Assembly (NCBI GenBank): GCA_051362555.1
Contig: CM120640.1
Span: forward strand, 66,442,788-66,506,787
Origin: Lingula anatina
Lineage: Eukaryota; Animalia; Brachiopoda
Length of the DNA stretch: 64,000 nt
Direction of reading: 5' to 3'
Position 1 is the stretch's first letter. The number at the start of each line of letters is the position of its first letter. The notes below the pieces were generated by a model. The model worked only from the letters and a program-made list of their open reading frames with translations, ran no database searches and was not told where the DNA came from. The position numbers were made by a program, and so were the translations under genes. Shown here in pieces: positions 61,226 to 64,000 of this stretch.

Positions 61226-63466
61226 TCAGTGCTTGAAATGGGACTTTTTTGGAGAAAAAAAGCCAGTATTCACTCATCTTGAATTTACCTTTGGGGTTCA
61301 ATATCAGTTATTTATTTATTCTTGGAAAGATTTAAACTGGGCAAAGTAAAGAAAATTACATTTAAAAAATAATTGTTAAAAAAGTAAATAAATGTATTAT
61401 TACAGAGAGTCCCTGAGACTAAGTGTGTATTTTTACCTTCAAGGCAACATTTTGACCCATTTACAAAGGGCATTGACCACAAAACTGTCAAAATGTCATG
61501 TCTTGTCGCAGGTGTAATAATAATAATAATATACTAATAATAATAATAATAACTAAAAATAATATTTTTAGAATAGTTTATTTGCATAAACATTTATAGT
61601 TTTTAATATATCATTTTAACAGATTCAACCACAACCTAAACATATTCTGGCAAGTAACAGATTCAACCCAAAACCTAAACATATTCTGGCAATTGAAAAA
61701 AAAAAAAAAATACATGAAAATGACCGTTTATTTCTTTAAAAAAAAAAAAGAACATCAATCTTCATAAAAACTTTCTATAAGCTTCAGTGCTAATAATGAC
61801 TACAGTAGGGGAAAATAGAGTATGACAGTAAACTACACAGCTGTCAAAGTACCTGAAAATGATTTAAAAAAATAGCTGTAGTATGTATTATGTGTAAAGT
61901 ATAATAGAAACTGAGTTTAAAAAATGCATATTAAGCTGTTGAGACAAAATTAATGTTTTCAAAAACTAAAGAAGCTAACAGAACACTGCTCAGACTGCCC
62001 CAATGACTTTGTTGGATTAAACAATTTAATAAACTGAATTATAAAAAAATCGACTATGACAACTTTTCCTAGTTTCATGAAAAGCCATCTTTAAGTATGT
62101 CTGAAAAAAATTAATATGTATGCAATGGGTATCAGTTAAGCTCCTGACAAAAAGTATTAACTCCAACAGCTGTCTTTAATAATGCCATTATAATATATGA
62201 AAGGCAAATTTCTTGCCCAGTTTACCACTGGCCTTTTTTTCTTCTTCTTGAGAACATTTAAGCACATATATTCAATTTTATCTTTAAATGCAAAAGCAAA
62301 AACAGTAACCCCTTTTGGGCTTCCTCTGGAGACAGATATAACAATACAGTTGCATTTGGTCCTTCACAGTACAGAACCAAAAACAAAGAATACAATGAAC
62401 CACTCTCAATAACTTCATGTAACCTTCCTGTCCATTCTGAAGCAACATTCAATGTTTTCAGTAATAGTTTAATTATTAACCGTGAATCCGTTAATGCAAG
62501 TTGGCAAACTACACCTGACACTGGAAGTGAACAATTATACATTAAGTTGAAATCCCATATTGGGTTACAGCATGTCTTCATGAAGGCTATGTACATTTCA
62601 ATACCAGAGGATTGCTTTTAATTATAGTTTTAATTTGCCTCTATGAGCATACCATTGTAATATGGTGGACACTAACTTTAATTAATCACCAACATAATAC
62701 AACTATGACATGTAACATATGATTCCTGAATTATTAATATTTATTGCACATCAATTATAATTGTAAACACTACACTGAAGATAAAAATTTCTCTTCAGTT
62801 GAACGCAGTGAAATGATTGTCATGAATCAACAAAATGAATGATATCTGTAAGCAATGAGATGATAAATTCCACAAGATCACAACAAGAATATTTGGTAAA
62901 CTGCTACTGCTGACATCCCTGATACCTCACTACTTTGTGCCAACTGTTGCAAAAAATGGAAAATGATATTACTACCTTACTTATTCCCCATCACCACCTA
63001 CACTTAGTCCATCAATCAATATATCTTTATATTTGATGTCTTTTATATGCTGCTCATATTGTCAAATGTGGAATGCGCTGCATTCAATGCTACCAGTTTA
63101 ATCATAATGGAATGCCAGGATGAGTAGTAAGTTTTATCAAAGAATAATTTTATACAATCACAACACTGTAGAATTATAGTCTAGTTTGGAAAGTTATTCA
63201 AGTTTGAAAATCTTAATATCCATAAATACAAAATGGAAAATATACTTCACAAAGAGCAACCATATATCAACCAGCATCTATATGCAAAAGGAATGTACAA
63301 ATTATTATAGTCAATTCTTGCAGACAGTTATAATAGTAGATATTAGATGCTTTGAAACATTATCTGCAGAGAAAGCAAGCACACATACATTTATGCACCA
63401 AATACATGAAGCCTGAAACCAGTTGTAATCTGGTTGTGTATTAACGTGACCTGTAAGATCTTGTCA

Positions 63467-63968
63467 TCAAAATGCATCTTTAATGTTTGTGAATGGTCTG
63501 ACTGCCAGATCCACAGGTAAGTGGAATTCAATGTCCTTTAGTCTCTGTAGAGAGGCAAAAGTGTCTTCAAAGTCTGAAAGATAAAGATATTTAACTTCAA
63601 CTTTTATGTGTCATATGTAAATTCATTTCGTTTGATAATACCTTTTGAATTTACTAAATTTTGACACACTCCTAACACGTCTGCACATATTCAGATCCAA
63701 GTTTGCATAATTGTTTGCATGCATTTATAAAATAACTTGAAAAAAAGGCACAGTATGTCTGCTTAGAACTGTACCACAGAATGCAGAAATATTACTTTGT
63801 AATGAAAGACATCGATGGTCTATTATAAGGAAAGACAACTGAAATTAATGTTTTCACTGATAGTTCTACTTACTTGTCTTAACAACATAACTCCATGGCT
63901 GGTAAAAATGGTCTATAAGAGGTGTTGTCTTAAACACCAACCGGAACCACGTCACTATACGCTTCTCA
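63467..63968 (-). CDS. RUNDC1: RUN domain-containing protein 1 homolog, last two exons (5' part outside window)
   Basis: Exon 63874-63968 EKRIVTWFRLVFKTTPLIDHFYQPWSYVVKT; exon 63467-63573 FEDTFASLQRLKDIEFHLPVDLAVRPFTNIKDAF*, matching the RUNDC1 C-terminus (LPVDLAVR...IKDAF) as I recall it. Confidence 0.85.
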
Positions 63969-64000
63969 CTAAAAAGCAAATGTTTGAGAACATAGTTAAT

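Noticed and set aside
62197-63416. Short ORFs downstream of RUNDC1
   Set aside because: AT-rich probable 3' UTR or intergenic sequence, with no motif or splice support.

Overview
This is AT-rich, intron-containing eukaryotic DNA, probably from a marine invertebrate (the taxon cannot be fixed from the sequence). (1) From 1 to 18 kb lies a tandem cluster of spliced genes encoding N-terminally membrane-anchored, Cys-rich proteins that resemble bacterial family-3 (polar amino acid) solute-binding proteins. The cluster has one partial copy, one frameshifted copy, decayed fragments and one intact copy. (2) From 19.2 to 45.8 kb on the minus strand is a TGFBRAP1/VPS3-like gene. One of its introns carries a complete 14.5-kb Polinton/Maverick (adintovirus-like) element at 26663-41165, with an AATGCA target-site duplication and ~490-bp TIRs. 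The element encodes pPolB, integrase, major and minor capsid proteins, protease, a frameshifted ATPase and a BIR/IAP-like gene, and has a repeat array rich in stress-response-like motifs. (3) From 50.5 to 61.2 kb are three intact and one broken single-coding-exon type II membrane proteins with a DxD motif (glycosyltransferase-like). (4) The 3' end of a RUNDC1-like gene lies at the window end. Three Helentron-type (HINE/DINE-1-like) elements with a 146-bp internal satellite (one nested in another) and several MITEs are also present. Exon coordinates and translations were read by eye; no database searches were run.
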